NCBI RefSeq assembly: GCF_004010195.1
Contig: NC_057718.1
Span: 85,614,664-85,678,663, forward strand
Source of the DNA: Chiloscyllium plagiosum
Taxonomy: Eukaryota
Length of the DNA stretch: 64,000 bases
Direction of reading: 5' to 3'
The position numbers and the translations under genes were made by a program. Numbering within the stretch: position 1 is the stretch's first letter; each line of letters begins with the position of its first letter. The notes under the pieces were generated by a model. It worked only from the letters and a program-made list of their open reading frames with translations, was not told the DNA's origin and ran no database searches. Below are positions 13,966-26,930 of the stretch, one piece after another.

Positions 13966-15186
13966 TACGACTCCAAGTCCGTCAGGCAGGTAACTTGGCA
14001 TCTTTCATGTTATCTTTAAATTTTGTACTGACTCCAGTAATAGTGGGGTTTGAGTAGCAGCTAATCTTCCCACATGGGTCCCGATAGATCCTTCTCCATG
14101 CTACAGACCCAAGTTAGCAGGTATATCCTTTAGGTCTTGGAGCATTTCAGTCAGTAATGCTGCTGCAGTGCCACTCCTGAATGATGGATGCTGAAGTCTT
14201 CCACCCATAGTGTATTCTGCACCTTTGCCACGCTCGCTGCTTCCTCTGTGGTGCTCATTATGTGGGGAGTATTGATTCACCAGCTGAAATGGGGGTGGGG
14301 AGTGCAAAGAGATAACCAGCAGGAGCTTTCCTTGTCCATGTTTGACCCGATACCCTAAGACTTCATGGGGTCCAAAATAAATGTTGAGGACTCCCATGAT
14401 CACTTTCTCCTGACTGTTTACTACTGTGCCTCCAGCTTTGTTGGTCTGTCCTGCTGATGGGACAGGACATGCCTATAGATGGTGATGATGTAGTCTGGGA
14501 CATAGTGACTCCCACCAAATCTTATCTTACAGATAATATCAGGCTGTTGCTTGTCTATTCTATGAGGCAGTTCTCCCAATTGTTGCACTAGCTGTGATTT
14601 TGGCTCCCAGATGTTAGTCAGGAGGACACCTCAGGATCAACAAGGCTGCATTTACTGTTGCTGTTTCTAGTGCCTTCATTGGTGCCAGGTGGTACATCCA
14701 GCCCAATTCCTTTTGAGAATTTTTCAGGGTTTGACACAACAAAGTGGTGTCAAGTTGAGAGTGTTGCTGGAAAAGCACAGCAGGCCAGGCAGCATCTGAG
14801 GAGCAGGAGAATTGATGTATTGGGCAAAAGCCCTTCATCAGGAATCTTCAACAGACTGGTGTGCTTGTCAGTTTCAGAGGACAATTGAGAGACCGGATTT
14901 ACATGTGGACCATATCAGGCCAGAATGGCAGATTTCCTTTCCTAAAAAGACATTTGTGAATCCAATCGGTTTTTATGACTATTGACATCATTAGACTTTT
15001 AATTCCAATTTTAAAAATAAAATCCACATTTGCCAGGGTGAGATTCAAACTCTGACCCGGAGCATTATCTAGGCTTCTGGAATACTAGTTCATCAGGACT
15101 ATCACTAATTTCCCATGTTTACTTTTGTGTAGATATTAGCAGCCTTTCAAATATAGGTTCAAATAATGAGGGAAGAATTGTTTTAC

Positions 15187-15303
15187 CTTAATCAGCAGTG
15201 GATGTATTTCAAATGAACAGTATTTGAGATTATATGGTCTTCCTTTGCGACACACTGTTCTCCCAATATCAACATAGAGAAAATATTTCAGACCAGCAAC
15301 AAC
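15187..15303 (-). CDS. cst7: Cystatin F-like, exon 3 (117 bp, phase 0/0)
   Basis: ctattcaag|GTT...AAG|gtaaaa; VVAGLKYFLYVDIGRTVCRKGRPYNLKYCSFEIHPLLIK completes the QxVxG loop and the first disulfide pair. Confidence 0.93.
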
Positions 15304-16149
15304 CTTGAATAGAAAATAAGTTCTTTTTAATATCTTCTTAGAACATAGCTGTTCAAACTGTTTGTAAAATTGATTTATTCTTAAGTTGCTGATAAAAGGC
15401 AAGACTGGAATGTAAAGAATGTTCATCTTACTCTAAGTGTAAGCATTTCAAATCCTTAGCTTCCTCTGATGTATGTGCAAAATGATCTTGTATTTTTACC
15501 AAGACAACCACATCACATTTAGATCCAAGGTAAACAAAAGGTAGTAATCTTCAGGGCATTGTCAGTTTGATTGAAAACATTAAATACACCTTTCCCTCTT
15601 TTGTCTGAAGTCATTCATGTAACCAGTTCCTCGATACAAATGTGCAGGTCTGAAAAAAAACATGCTTTTCTGTAATTAAACTCACTGACCAGTGTTGCTG
15701 CGGCAACTGCTTAGCTGTGCATCGCCCAACTGGCTCTAAAAAGAAACTTACTTTTTGCAAACGACTCTGCTTTGTGTCAGCTCTCACTCATTGCTGCAAC
15801 CTGCTCTCCTTAATCATAGTTGATAATAAGAGTTCAAGGCCCTGCGGCAGTGGAAGCTTGCTGGTTTGGTAGCAAGGTGAGTTGATGTGCAGAGAATAAT
15901 GAAGCTGACATTTTTAAGAGCAGAAAAGGGAAAGGAGAAATTTAATGAAGATGCTCAAAATTAGGGGGATTTTGATGGAGTAACAAAGGAAATAAAACCC
16001 TTTCCACTGATGTTGAATGTCTACAGTCAGACGATGCAAAATTAAGGTAATTGGCAAAAGAACCAGAGAGGAAAATGCAGGTTATGTTTGCAGGGCAAGT
16101 TCGAAAGCTTGGAACGAGTGGAGGAAGCAGATGGAACCTTTGTTCATGT

Positions 16150-17275
16150 AGGACAAGATAGTGTAATGTAGTGAGGTTTGCAGGCAACACAAAAATAGAT
16201 GGAAAGGCAAGTTGCAAGAGGGATACAAACAGCTTAAGGGACATATTGATAGCCTAAATACAGGAGCAAAAAGTTGGCAAATGGAGTATAATGAGAGAAA
16301 AACAAAGGGAAGTTGTTCATTATGCAAAGGCGAATAAAAGTTGATAAAGCACGGTGCTGGAAAAGGCACTGCAGGTCAGGCAACATCCGAGGAGCAAGAG
16401 AGTCAATGTTTCGGGCAGGCCCCCTCTTCAGAAACATCGACTCTCCTGCTCCTCAGATGCTGCCTGACTGGCTGTGCTTTTCCAGCACCACACTTTATCA
16501 ACTTTGATTTCTCCAGCTTCTGCAGTCCCCACTGTCTCCTAGGGAGAATAAAAAAAAACAGAGCATTATTTAAATGGAGGAAAAACTGCAACACAAAGGG
16601 ACTTGGGGATACTTGTGCATGAAACACAGAAAGCTAGCATGCAGGTGCAGCAAGTATTCAGGAAAGCTAAAGGAATGTTGGAGTATAAGAGTAGGGAAGT
16701 CTTCCTGCCATTGTACAAGTTGCTGGTGAGACCACATCTGGAGTACTGTGAGCAGTTTTGGACTCCTTATTTAAAGGAAAGAGATTATTTCAATGAAGAC
16801 AGTTCAGAGAAACCTCACTAGGATAATCCCGGGTATGGAGGGATTATCTTCTGAGCAAAGGTTAAACAGGTTGTGATTGTACTCACTGGAATTCAGAAGG
16901 ATGAGGGGTGATCTCATTGAAACATAAAAGATCCTTAAGGGGATGGACAGGGTAAATGCTAAAAGGATGTTTCCCTTCATAGGAGGGTCTCAGTCCAGGT
17001 GGAATAGTCTCAGAATAAAGAGGTGCCAATTAAGACTGAGTTGAGGAGGAATTTCTTCAATTAGAGATTTGGGTCTCCTTGCCACAGAGAGCGGTGGGGC
17101 ACAGTCCTTGTGTCTATTTAAGGCTGAGAGATTATTGATCGGCAGAGAGAAAAATAAAAGGTACAGGGAGACAGCAGGAACCTGGATGTGAGGAATGTTG
17201 GATCAGTCATGATCCTATTGAATGGCAGAGCAGGCTGGAGATGTTGATTGGCTTCCTCCTGGTACTATTCGATAT
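16150..17275 (+). mobile_element. CR1 LINE 3' part interrupted by a short inverted Penelope-derived insert (about 16340-16540)
   Basis: LYKLLVRPHLEYCEQFWTPY ORF2 motif; the insert has back-to-back GCTGGAAAAG...CTTTTCCAGC ends. Confidence 0.75.
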
Positions 17276-17849
17276 GGTGTCATGGATCTCACAGATGACG
17301 TCATTTTGGAAAAGTTATTTGCTTGGGATTTCCTTTCCATTTTCTCTCTGCTTCTGGCATGCATGTGTTTTCAAGAGAAGCTGCATTTTTTATTTTGTTG
17401 CACCAGACAGTAATCATATGGGAGCTTCTTCCAGGACTCAAAGTCATTACCAAAACCTCAGATGGTAGCTTCTCCTTTGGCCACCATCTGAACACATCCC
17501 AGACTCAATATCTTCATTGAAGATTCACTTTGATAAATGAGTGCCAGGCACCTTAGTTATAGGAACAGCTTCACTCAATGTTGTGACTGAGTCAGTGTTG
17601 ATGTTTGACATGCCAGTTGAGGGGACACCTATGTTGTTTAACTGTCTAATTTTCAGAAGCCTCTGAAGGCAACCCAAATGAAAAGTGGTTGAGTTTCTTA
17701 GCGGATAACTCTGAGGGAGAGAAACAAAAAGAAGGAGAGAGAAAGAGAAAGAGGGAGAAAGACGAAAACTTTGAGCTTGAGGTAGTCCATTTCTGGAGCA
17801 GGTTAGACATCACTATAGTTTTCTTCATACTAATTATAAGACAAAAGTT

Positions 17850-18230
17850 GTTGCGTGCTTAGGAAATAAGTCAGTCCAGCTCTGAACTGGCAACCATTGT
17901 GCAATCATTGGCAAACGATAAATCATGATGTACTTCCTTGGAGACCTTAATCGTTTATGAAGTCATCTCGAATAGCTTTTATCCACAATGGAGATGAGAT
18001 ACACTCCTCTCTAATTGTAACAAGATTGCCAAGTTCCATTTTGTTTGTATAAAGGTAGCAAACAAAGTCAACTTTTTACTCTTGTGGGAGGGTCATTGCT
18101 GCCACAAAAAATGGAAGAGTTCAGTGAACCTCTTGACCAGGCACTGATCTCTATCTTTGTAGATAGCATCAGCTCCTGGAGCTTGGCCATTTGATAGGAA
18201 TTTAAGCATTTTGTATCTGAGAGCCTAGGT
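17850..18230 (-). mobile_element. Old RTE-clade LINE RT remnant
   Basis: Frameshifted minus-strand LSNGQAPGADAI...LVKRFTELF..LWQQ resembles RTE GKAPG.D.I...L.EL...IW. Confidence 0.5.
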
Positions 18231-19351
18231 TAGACATTGAGAGAGCAGCTTATGGAAACCCGTGGCATTATGTTGATTGCTTCTTCCTTGCTGGACGAAA
18301 GACAATCAAGGATGTGGTTGAAGGGTTCTGCCCATCTTCTGAGAGTTTGGATATTTTCTGTGAGCTGTGTTGACCTGTTAGCACCTAGGATCAGTAATGA
18401 ACCAGCAGACTGGAGGAAGAGAAAAATCTCAGAATTGTCAAACCTTTCCCACTCTGGAGTCTGCATATGACTGACGTTAACCTGCTTTCCAATTCATCCA
18501 AGTGTCTTGCTTCTGAGATTTTTACATTCTTTCATGGGATATGTGAGAAGTCCGACATCTGTCACCCATCCTATAACTGTGTTTGGTTTGAGTGATTTAC
18601 TACAGTGTTATCAGGGTGGCTAAGTCTCAACCACATTGCTAAAGATCTTGGAGTCACATATCGGCCACACCAAGTAGCAGATTTTATTCCCTAACAGGGC
18701 ACTATTGAAACAAATGGGCTTTTCCAACAAAAGATGCTAGTTGTCATGGTCACCATGATAGAAACTAGATTTATTAATGGAATTTAAATTCGAGATTTGA
18801 ACCCATGGGCCCTAGCTTGGGCATCTGGAGAATAGCTGAGTAATATTACCACTATGCCATGAGACCTTCAAAGCTTATTCTGGACAGTTCTGCAGATATT
18901 TTGGTAGGCATGGGACTTGAATACTGATGACTAGCCATTCAGGAAGACTCTTGAGGTGACATTTTTCTTCCAGTAGTTTCTTCATTGTTCTCATCAAACT
19001 GATTGTGATGCTTATGAGTGGTAGAGTCAAGGACCTCTGAAACAGTGGAATGTACTATATCCCTGAAGGTTGTGCAGCGTTACTCTTCCCTTACACTCCT
19101 ACATCAGGTGATGGGAATCAAACATGTTGGAAGCACAGATACTTGTCCATAAATATTTTTCTTTGGGGTTCAGTGATTCCTTAAAAAGCTCACCACAAAT
19201 CTTGTTTAAATTGTCATTTGCATACAATTGTACAGTTGTGAATCTCTGATTTGTGTGTTCTTCTCCAGACTGAGTATTCTTGGTCAATTTCAGAAGAATG
19301 GAGGAATCAAACGTTGCTTTTTTTGCAGCACTTAGATACAACGTTTCTTAC

Positions 19352-19521
19352 CTGTACTTGTGCTTTATGTATCTTCTGAACTTTATACAGGAAGATATCA
19401 TTTGATTGGTTGTTGTAACCATAGATTGCAATTAAGCTGGCATTTTGAACACCAGAGTCAGTGGTGTTGACATCTTGGAGAAATCCTGGCCCAACTGGTG
19501 TCTTTTCTGTCATGCCAACAG
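19352..19521 (-). CDS. cst7: Cystatin F-like, exon 2 (170 bp, phase 1/0)
   Basis: ttttcttgtgatattccag|CT...CAG|gtaaga; VGMTEKTPVGPGFLQDVNTTDSGVQNASLIAIYGYNNQSNDIFLYKVQKIHKAQVQ matches cystatin F PGFP...NDPGV..AA.....FNN.TNDMFLFK...I.RALVQ. Confidence 0.93.
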
Positions 19522-19599
19522 CTGGAATATCACAAGAAAAAACACAGTCATGAACAAAGTGGGAAATAGGTCAACTTACCTGGGCAATGCATGACAACT

Positions 19600-19790
19600 A
19601 TGAATCATAGAAGCAGGCCAATTAGCCCACTGAATCCACACTGACCCTCTGAAAAGCATCTCACCCAGACCCACCCCCCCACCCTATCCCTGTAGCCCTG
19701 CACTTCCCATGCCTAATCTACCTTGCCTGCTTATCCCTGGACACTATGATAAATTTAGCATGGCCAATCCACCTAAACTGCATATCTCTG
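19600..19790 (-). mobile_element. HE1 SINE 3' fragment
   Basis: Reverse complement of GGATTGGCCATGCTAAATT, shared with the other HE1 copies. Confidence 0.65.
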
Positions 19791-22627
19791 AACACCTATA
19801 AGCTGTTTTATGAGCCCAGGTAATAAATGGAAATTACTTAGGATCCTTGATTAATGTTTTTTAAAAACAGAAACGTATAAAGGCCATGGATACAATAGAG
19901 GTGTGATTTACTGTAATGACACCAAGTGTATAGGACTTTAGTTCTGCAGGAAACAATAGTAGCCAAGTCAGTAGATGTAGAACTGGAGAAGGTCATGCTT
20001 GATGAAGGGTCCCAGCACAAAACATTGACTTTTCTGCTTCTCTGATGCTTTCTTAGCTGCTGTGCTTCTCCAGCTCCACATCTATTGGTTCTAACTTTCA
20101 GCATCTGCAGTCTTTACTGTATCCAAACAACAGTGGCTAAGATAGTTTTCCTCCAAGGTTAAGGAAATTTAAGTTTGATCAGCTTTATTTTTTTTGTTTT
20201 AAATGAGAAGTTTTGACAAGAGTACATAAGCATAAACTGTTTTACTTGGCAGTAGGGTCGCTGACCAGAGGGCACAGATTTAACTGATTGCCAAAATAAA
20301 AAGACATAAGGTAAAGCGAGAAGACACAAGTCATAGGAGCTAATGGTCAATCCATCCCATCACAATGAACCTGTCATCACTCAAAACTGTACCAACACTA
20401 ACCCAAGACCAACAATGGGTTGTGGTGTCTGAACACAAACCCTGAGAGAAGTTAATTAAGGAGGTGAAGTTAAACTCCTTTACATCAGGAGTGCAAGCAT
20501 TGGCAACCTCTTGTTGGCATACTTCCCAACAGTGTTTATCCAGCTGAATGGCCTCAGTGTCTCCAACAATTCTAATTTGTTGCACAGTTTTAAAATTGGA
20601 TGAGAAGTGGGTTCTGGTAAACGCATGCAAACAGAAGTTTTAAAACCATCTCAACTAAGCTTTGATGAGATCAATAAGTCCCGCTGAAAATGAATAGTTA
20701 TCAATTAAACTTGAGAGATCTGTTTTTAGATGTATTTCTGATGCTTTAATTACATGACTTTCTTCCTCAAATTGCTGTCTCCTAAACTCTTACTTTTAGT
20801 CCACTCTTTCGGCCTACTGCTTCCACACAGTCTATCAGAAAGACAACAAAACAGACTATTGTCAACTACTGGAGTCATCCCACCCTCAACCCACTCTTAA
20901 AATACTTTTGGAACAGGTACAATATCCAAATAACATGTAAAATAAGTCCAACTTAATATCCTTATTGATTTCTTCTCAAGATTGCCTGCAGCAGTGAAGA
21001 GTAACCTTCAATCCCTGGAAATCGCAGAATAATCCAGAAAGGCTTTCAATCCCATCTCTGACAGAAAAGCTGCTTGTATCTGAACTGGCACCAAATCTCA
21101 TTCACCCATCATCACTGTGATGTCTGCTTGCATTGACCAATTCAACCAAGAGATCTGTTTTTACACTGTAAACTCTAATAAGTGGAAGCAACCTTGGCTG
21201 GATACTAAGAATACACAGGGGTGAGTGGAGAAGATAAAAAACAGTTTAACAATAAGCAAACTATAAATGAAAACCTTGACTAAACAACAAATTAAAATAA
21301 TTGATGTAAATTTGTAAGCTATGCACAGCAGGCTAAACAGTTTCTGAATAGTGTGAGGCATTCAGTAGAATTAGTCACAATTAGTGGTTTTGGAGGGTTA
21401 ATTACAGGATTATACTTCCTGTAGATAATAAGGTACATAGTACAGCTGCAAATATAGATTAAAGTTTAAAATATGATTTTGAAAGAAAATTAATCAAATC
21501 TCTACATCCTGTTGATAGTTTAATGTCCAAACTGTCAACTTCTGGAGTTTCCTTTTATTGGAAGTAGGGCAACAGTCCACTTCTACTGTCAGACACAAAC
21601 AGCATGACAAAAGAATATTTCTTATTACAAATGATAAGTATTCAAACTATTCAACTGTTCAAATGCATCATCAAATGCAGTGAATTCTAAGAATTAAAGA
21701 TGGGTCAGCATCTTTAAAATAGTTGCTTGGAAAGTACAGAACCTGAATATTGCTTAAAAAAAACTGAAGCTTTTCATTTCGAAAGCAATATCAGAATAGA
21801 ATCAAGAGTTTACGCTCATGGTTTGATATTCTTGCAAACTGAGTGAAAGACAAAACCGACAACATGACAATTTTTCAGCAACACCTTTCTTAGTCTTAAA
21901 AATGACTGCAGTGGTGACAGGAGAGGAGTTTGTTTGGACAAACCAATAGACACAGAAAGTTACTGAAGTTATGATTGAGTTTACAATGTTCATTGTTGTC
22001 AGGAGATCTGCAGTACAGAAGTGAACAGGCCATTCAGCTCAACAAATCCAATGTTTCTACTCCAAATCAGCCTCCTCCAATTACATCCAGCCTGCCTCTG
22101 CATCACTGTGTTCCCTTTACACACCTTAAGGACATGGATGCACTGAGCTTCAACTGTTCTAAGTAGCCGTCCATTTCACAATCTTGTCATTCATCATGTG
22201 AAAGAATTTCCCATTATCTGGCTGGTTCGAAACATTTATATCCTTTTATTTTGGATTCACCAATAGAAAGAGAGTATTTATAATCATCAATTTTAGCTCC
22301 TTTCACCTTTGCATGAAAATTATTTTTTAATTATAGCGCAATCCCAAAGGCCTGAACATAATAACAGATTTTTAAAATACAGTACATGAGGCTTCTGGGT
22401 TTTACTTAATGAAGATGCAGTTACACATCAATTGAAAATTATTACATCCAATTCAAATCTTTTCATCAGCTTGAAGTAATGGACTCGGTTGGCTTTTCTT
22501 TCAGTATTACCTTGTGTTGGGCTAAACTGTTAGTTTGTTTCAAAGTTTCAAAAGGTTAGCATTTGATATCAACATTTAAGGACACATAGAGATGACGCGT
22601 AATGGAAAGCTGACAAGATACTGTAGA

Positions 22628-23733
22628 GGTAAAAACAATGACTGCAGATGCTGGAAACCAGATTCTGGATTAGTGGTGCTGGAAGAGCACAGCAGTTCAG
22701 GCAGCATCCAAGGAGCTTCGAAATCGACGTTTCGGGCAAAAGCCCTTCATCAGGAATAAACGCAGTGAGCCTGAAGCGTGGAGAGATAAGCTAGAGGAGG
22801 GTGGGGGGGGGGAGAAAATAGCATAGAGTACAATGGGTGAGTGGGGGAGGGGATGAAGGTGATAGGTCAGGGAGGAGAGGGTGGAGTGGATAGGTGGAAA
22901 AGGAGANNNNNNNNNNNNNNNNNNNNNNNNNNNNNNNNNNNNNNNNNNNNNNNNNNNNNNNNNNNNNNNNNNNNNNNNNNNNNNNNNNNNNNNNNNNNNN
23001 NNNNNNNNNNNNNNNNNNNNNNNNNNNNNNNNNNNNNNNNNNNNNNNNNNNNNNNNNNNNNNNNNNNNNNNNNNNNNNNNNNNNNNNNNNNNNNNNNNNN
23101 NNNNNNNNNNNNNNNNNNNNNNNNNNNNNNNNNNNNNNNNNNNNNNNNNNNNNNNNNNNNNNNNNNNNNNNNNNNNNNNNNNNNNNNNNNNNNNNNNNNN
23201 NNNNNNNNNNNNNNNNNNNNNNNNNNNNNNNNNNNNNNNNNNNNNNNNNNNNNNNNNNNNNNNNNNNNNNNNNNNNNNNNNNNNNNNNNNNNNNNNNNNN
23301 NNNNNNNNNNNNNNNNNNNNNNNNNNNNNNNNNNNNNNNNNNNNNNNNNNNNNNNNNNNNNNNNNNNNNNNNNNNNNNNNNNNNNNNNNNNNNNNNNNNN
23401 NNNNNNNNNNNNNNNNNNNNNNNNNNNNNNNNNNNNNNNNNNNNNNNNNNNNNNNNNNNNNNNNNNNNNNNNNNNNNNNNNNNNNNNNNNNNNNNNNNNN
23501 NNNNNNNNNNNNNNNNNNNNNNNNNNNNNNNNNNNNNNNNNNATCACCTTCATCCCCTCCCCCGCTCACCCATTGTACTCTATGCTACTTTCTCCCCAGC
23601 CCCACCCTCCTCCAGCTTATCTCGCTTCAGGCTCACTGCCTTTATTCCTGATGAAGGGCTTTTGCCCGAAATGTCGATTTCGAAGCTCCTTGGATGCTGC
23701 CTGAACTGCTGTGCTCTTCCAGCACCACTAATC
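22628..23733. mobile_element. Penelope-derived insertion with inverted ends, two hammerhead motifs and a 14-bp TSD; contains gap 22907-23542
   Basis: Left arm is the reverse complement of the right arm; TSD CAAGATACTGTAGA at 22614-22627 and 23734-23747. Confidence 0.85.
22726..22753 (-). ncRNA. Minimal hammerhead ribozyme motif (intact core)
   Basis: CTGATGA-A-GGGC tttt GCCC-GAAAC-GTC on the minus strand. Confidence 0.7.
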
Positions 23734-24204
23734 CAAGATACTGTAGACCTGTAACGCATTTAATCACATGGGTTCGGCACACAACTAATTGGGGGGAGAG
23801 GCTGGGAAAGAAGAAAACAGCAGTGTATGGAGTATAATTTTAAAATGTTATTTGCGCACTTTCAAATGCTGTAACTGAACTGGACACAAACTTGCTGCTT
23901 AGCTGATTTATGGGGCTGACAAAATCAATGAACGCGGGCTGCTGGAACTAAAGCAGACATCGCTGACAAAACCTTCAGTTACAAGCTTCCCGAATGCAAC
24001 AAGTTTTATTGAGCTGCTGCAGCAGAAGCCACATCCTCTCCAATTCAATGCAAACAGCACATTTAATCTTGCTGTGACAACTCTACCTCTGGTGCTGCTT
24101 TTACGCTCTCCACTTCCTTCAACAATTGCACAGAGCACAATGCATTCCAGTAAGTTTATAGCATCCAATATTTACAGATACAACAAGAGATATCGGTTAC
24201 TTGC

Positions 24205-24268
24205 CATCTGAATGGACCAAAGCAACAGCAAACAACGCAGACAGAAATACTTCCAACATTGTGCCCAT
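24205..24268 (-). CDS. cst7: Cystatin F-like, exon 1 (signal peptide)
   Basis: MGTMLEVFLSALFAVALVHSD hydrophobic leader; ends GAT G|gcaagt, a GC donor in phase 1 that matches exon 2. Confidence 0.75.
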
Positions 24269-24283
24269 TTGGTAGTCAGTCTT

Positions 24284-24390
24284 GCTTCCTACACCCTTCT
24301 GCCCCTGCCTTTTGAACTTTTGTTTCAAGTCAGGAAGTGTTACCCACATTGGTGTTTCCTGGTTACAATCTTAGCCTTTGTCCAATTGGG
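24284..24390 (-). promoter_or_regulatory. Putative cystatin 5' UTR/proximal promoter with ETS and CCAAT motifs
   Basis: CAGGAAGTG at 24331-24339, further GGAA cores at about 24286 and 24357, CCAAT at 24348-24352 (minus) and 24382-24389. Confidence 0.35.
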
Positions 24391-25136
24391 GCTTTTACTT
24401 TAAAATTCTGGCTTCCTTGTTGATTATTTTCTGCAACAATGTTTCAGAAACTATAGTGGCGACCTGAATCAACTCAAAACCAACATGCATGCATGGAGTT
24501 AATATTGGGCCCAGTGTTTGCATAGCCTGGGCTTGTGCAGAAGATTGAGAGATGATCTAATTGAGGAAGCTAAGATGATTAAAGGTTTTCATAGGGCAGT
24601 TAGACATTTCCCAATTGGAAAGTTAATCCCAAAACCAATAAGTGGAGTGGGGTAAAGCTTTGAACAAGAAAGTTATTTGCTTTGCTGTTGTTCAACCCCC
24701 GACTTGGAAACCATAATTACCCTAGATTAGTATTAACAAATCTAATTTAGAAACTAACCAAAACTGACCAACAGATTCGAAAACCTGACACAGCTCCGAA
24801 AAATCTTAATTCTCAAAACCAACTCTGACTAAAAACTTACAACATTTGAATGACAATAGTTGCCCTGAAAGTGCAATAAGGCATTGAGTAGTAAATTCTT
24901 TTCACTTGAACTACATGAAAGCTCCACGAACAATAGATATGTTTAAGACAATGGACAGTGCTATCTACTTTTGCATATGCTAGTAAAGCTGGCAGGTGCT
25001 AAGGCTTGGAGAGTTTGTAGTCAGCTGTCCTGAAGAAGGCAATGCTAAACCACCGAAATATGTCACCCATCAGCACAGACCAACCAGTGGAAATCTATGG
25101 CTCAACCTTCAGAAATGAGAATTGCAGAAATTGATT

Positions 25137-25395
25137 TGGAGGAGCCGGTTTTGGACTGGAGTGGACAAAGTTAAAAATCACACAACACTAGGTTATAGTC
25201 CAACAGGTCTATTTGGAAGCACTAGCTTTCGGAGCGTTGCTGCTCATCAGGTGGTTGTGAAGCAGGATCATAAGACACAGAATTTATAGCAAATGATTAT
25301 AGTGTCATGCAACTGAAATGATATATTAAACAAACATTGATTGTTGTTAAGTCTTTTGTCTTTTAGAATGAATTACAGGTTTTGGTTCATGAATT
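25137..25395 (-). mobile_element. Penelope terminal fragment (second family) with degenerate hammerhead
   Basis: Minus strand CTGATGAGCAGCAACGCTCCGAAAGCTAG; the same TTGGACTGGAGTGGACAAAG end recurs at about 43890 and 44346. Confidence 0.55.
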
Positions 25396-25414
25396 GTTTC
25401 AAGCAACAATATGA

Positions 25415-26560
25415 TTTCAGATAGTCAACATGGTTTCGTCAAGGGCAGGTCATGTCTCACAAACCTCATTGAGTTTTTTGAGAAAGTGACCAAGCATGTA
25501 GATGAGAGTAGGTTTGTTGATGTGGTATACATGGACTTCAGTAAAGCCTTTAATAAGGTTCCACATAGTAAGCTGTTAGAGAAAATGCAGAGGCATGGGA
25601 TTGATGGTGATTTAGCAGTTTGGATTAGAAACTGGCTTTCCGAAAGAGAGCAGCAAGTGGTGGTTGATGAAAAATATTCAGCCTGGAGTCCGGTTACTAG
25701 TGGTGTGCCACAATGATCTGTTTTGGGACCACTGCTGTTTGTCATTTTTATAAATGATTTAGATGCAGGCATAGGTGATGTATTAGTAAATTTGCTGATG
25801 ACACTAAAGTCAGTGGAGTAGTGGACAGTTTGGAAGAATGTTACAGGTTGCAGGGGGACTTGGATAAACTGCAGAATTGGGCTGAGAGGTGGCAAATGGA
25901 GTTCAATGCAGCTAAATGTGAGGTGATGCACTTTGGGAAGAATAACAGGAAGGCAGAGTACTGGGTCAATGGAAAGATTCTTGGTAGTGTGCACAGGGAT
26001 CTTGGAGTCTGTGTATATAGATCCCTGAAAGTTGCCACCCAGGTTGATAGTGCTGTTAAGAAGGAATACAGTGTGTTGGGTTTCATTGGTAGAGGGATTG
26101 AGTTCTGGAGCCATAATATCATGCTGCAACTATACAAAACGCTAGTGCGGCTGCACTTGGAATATTATATACAGTTCTGGTCACCATATTTTGGGAAGGA
26201 TGTGGAAGCATTGGAAAAGGTGCAGAGGAGATTTACCAGGATGTTGTCTGGTCTGGAGGGAAGGTCTTATGAGGAAAGACTGAGAGACTTGGGTCTATTC
26301 TCATTGAAAAGAAGAAGGCTAAGAGGGGATTTGATAGAGACATACAAGATGATCAGAGGATTAGATAAGGTAGACAGTGAAAGTCTTTTTCCTAGGATGA
26401 TGATTTCAGCTTGTACGAGGGGGCATAACTACAAATTGAGGGGTGATAGATTTAAGACAGATGTCAGAGGCAGGTTTTGACTCAGAGAGTGGTATGGACG
26501 TGGAATGCCCTACCTGCCAATGTAGTCAACTCAGCCACATTAAAGATATTTAAACAATCC
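25415..26560 (+). mobile_element. CR1 LINE RT/3' part
   Basis: QHGFVKGRSCLTNL, YMDFSKAF, GVPQ, KFADD and RRRLRGDLIETYK motifs. Confidence 0.9.
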
Positions 26561-26930
26561 TTGGGTGCTGAACTTGGCTATCAGCCTATGCTTGGCCACT
26601 TTGCATTGTTGCCTGTCCTGAAGTCCACCTTGGAGAATGGTCACCCGAAGATCTGAGCTGAATGCCCTTGACCACTGAAGTGTTCCCCACCTGAGAAGGA
26701 ACACCGATGTCTGGTGATTGTTGTGCGGTGTCCATTCATCCATTGTCATGACGTCTGCTTGATCTCGGTGCATCCTTGCCTGCAACGTATGAGATAGGCA
26801 ACATTGGCCTGTTGCATACACGGTGGGTGGTGTCCCTATGTGACACTATTTATGTCAACATAAGCAGCATGGAAAAATGATCGGGAAGTTTAAATTGTCA
26901 GTAAGTGCCCCCCAGAATCGCTTACGTTAA

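Noticed and set aside
15136..15426. ORF-track entries 15136-15426 and 19307-19513 as stand-alone genes
   Set aside because: Only their internal, splice-bounded parts are coding (cystatin exons 3 and 2)
26927..26930. TTAA target duplication suggesting piggyBac
   Set aside because: The element has direct LTRs, PBS and PPT rather than TIRs; 4-bp TSDs are normal for gamma-like ERVs
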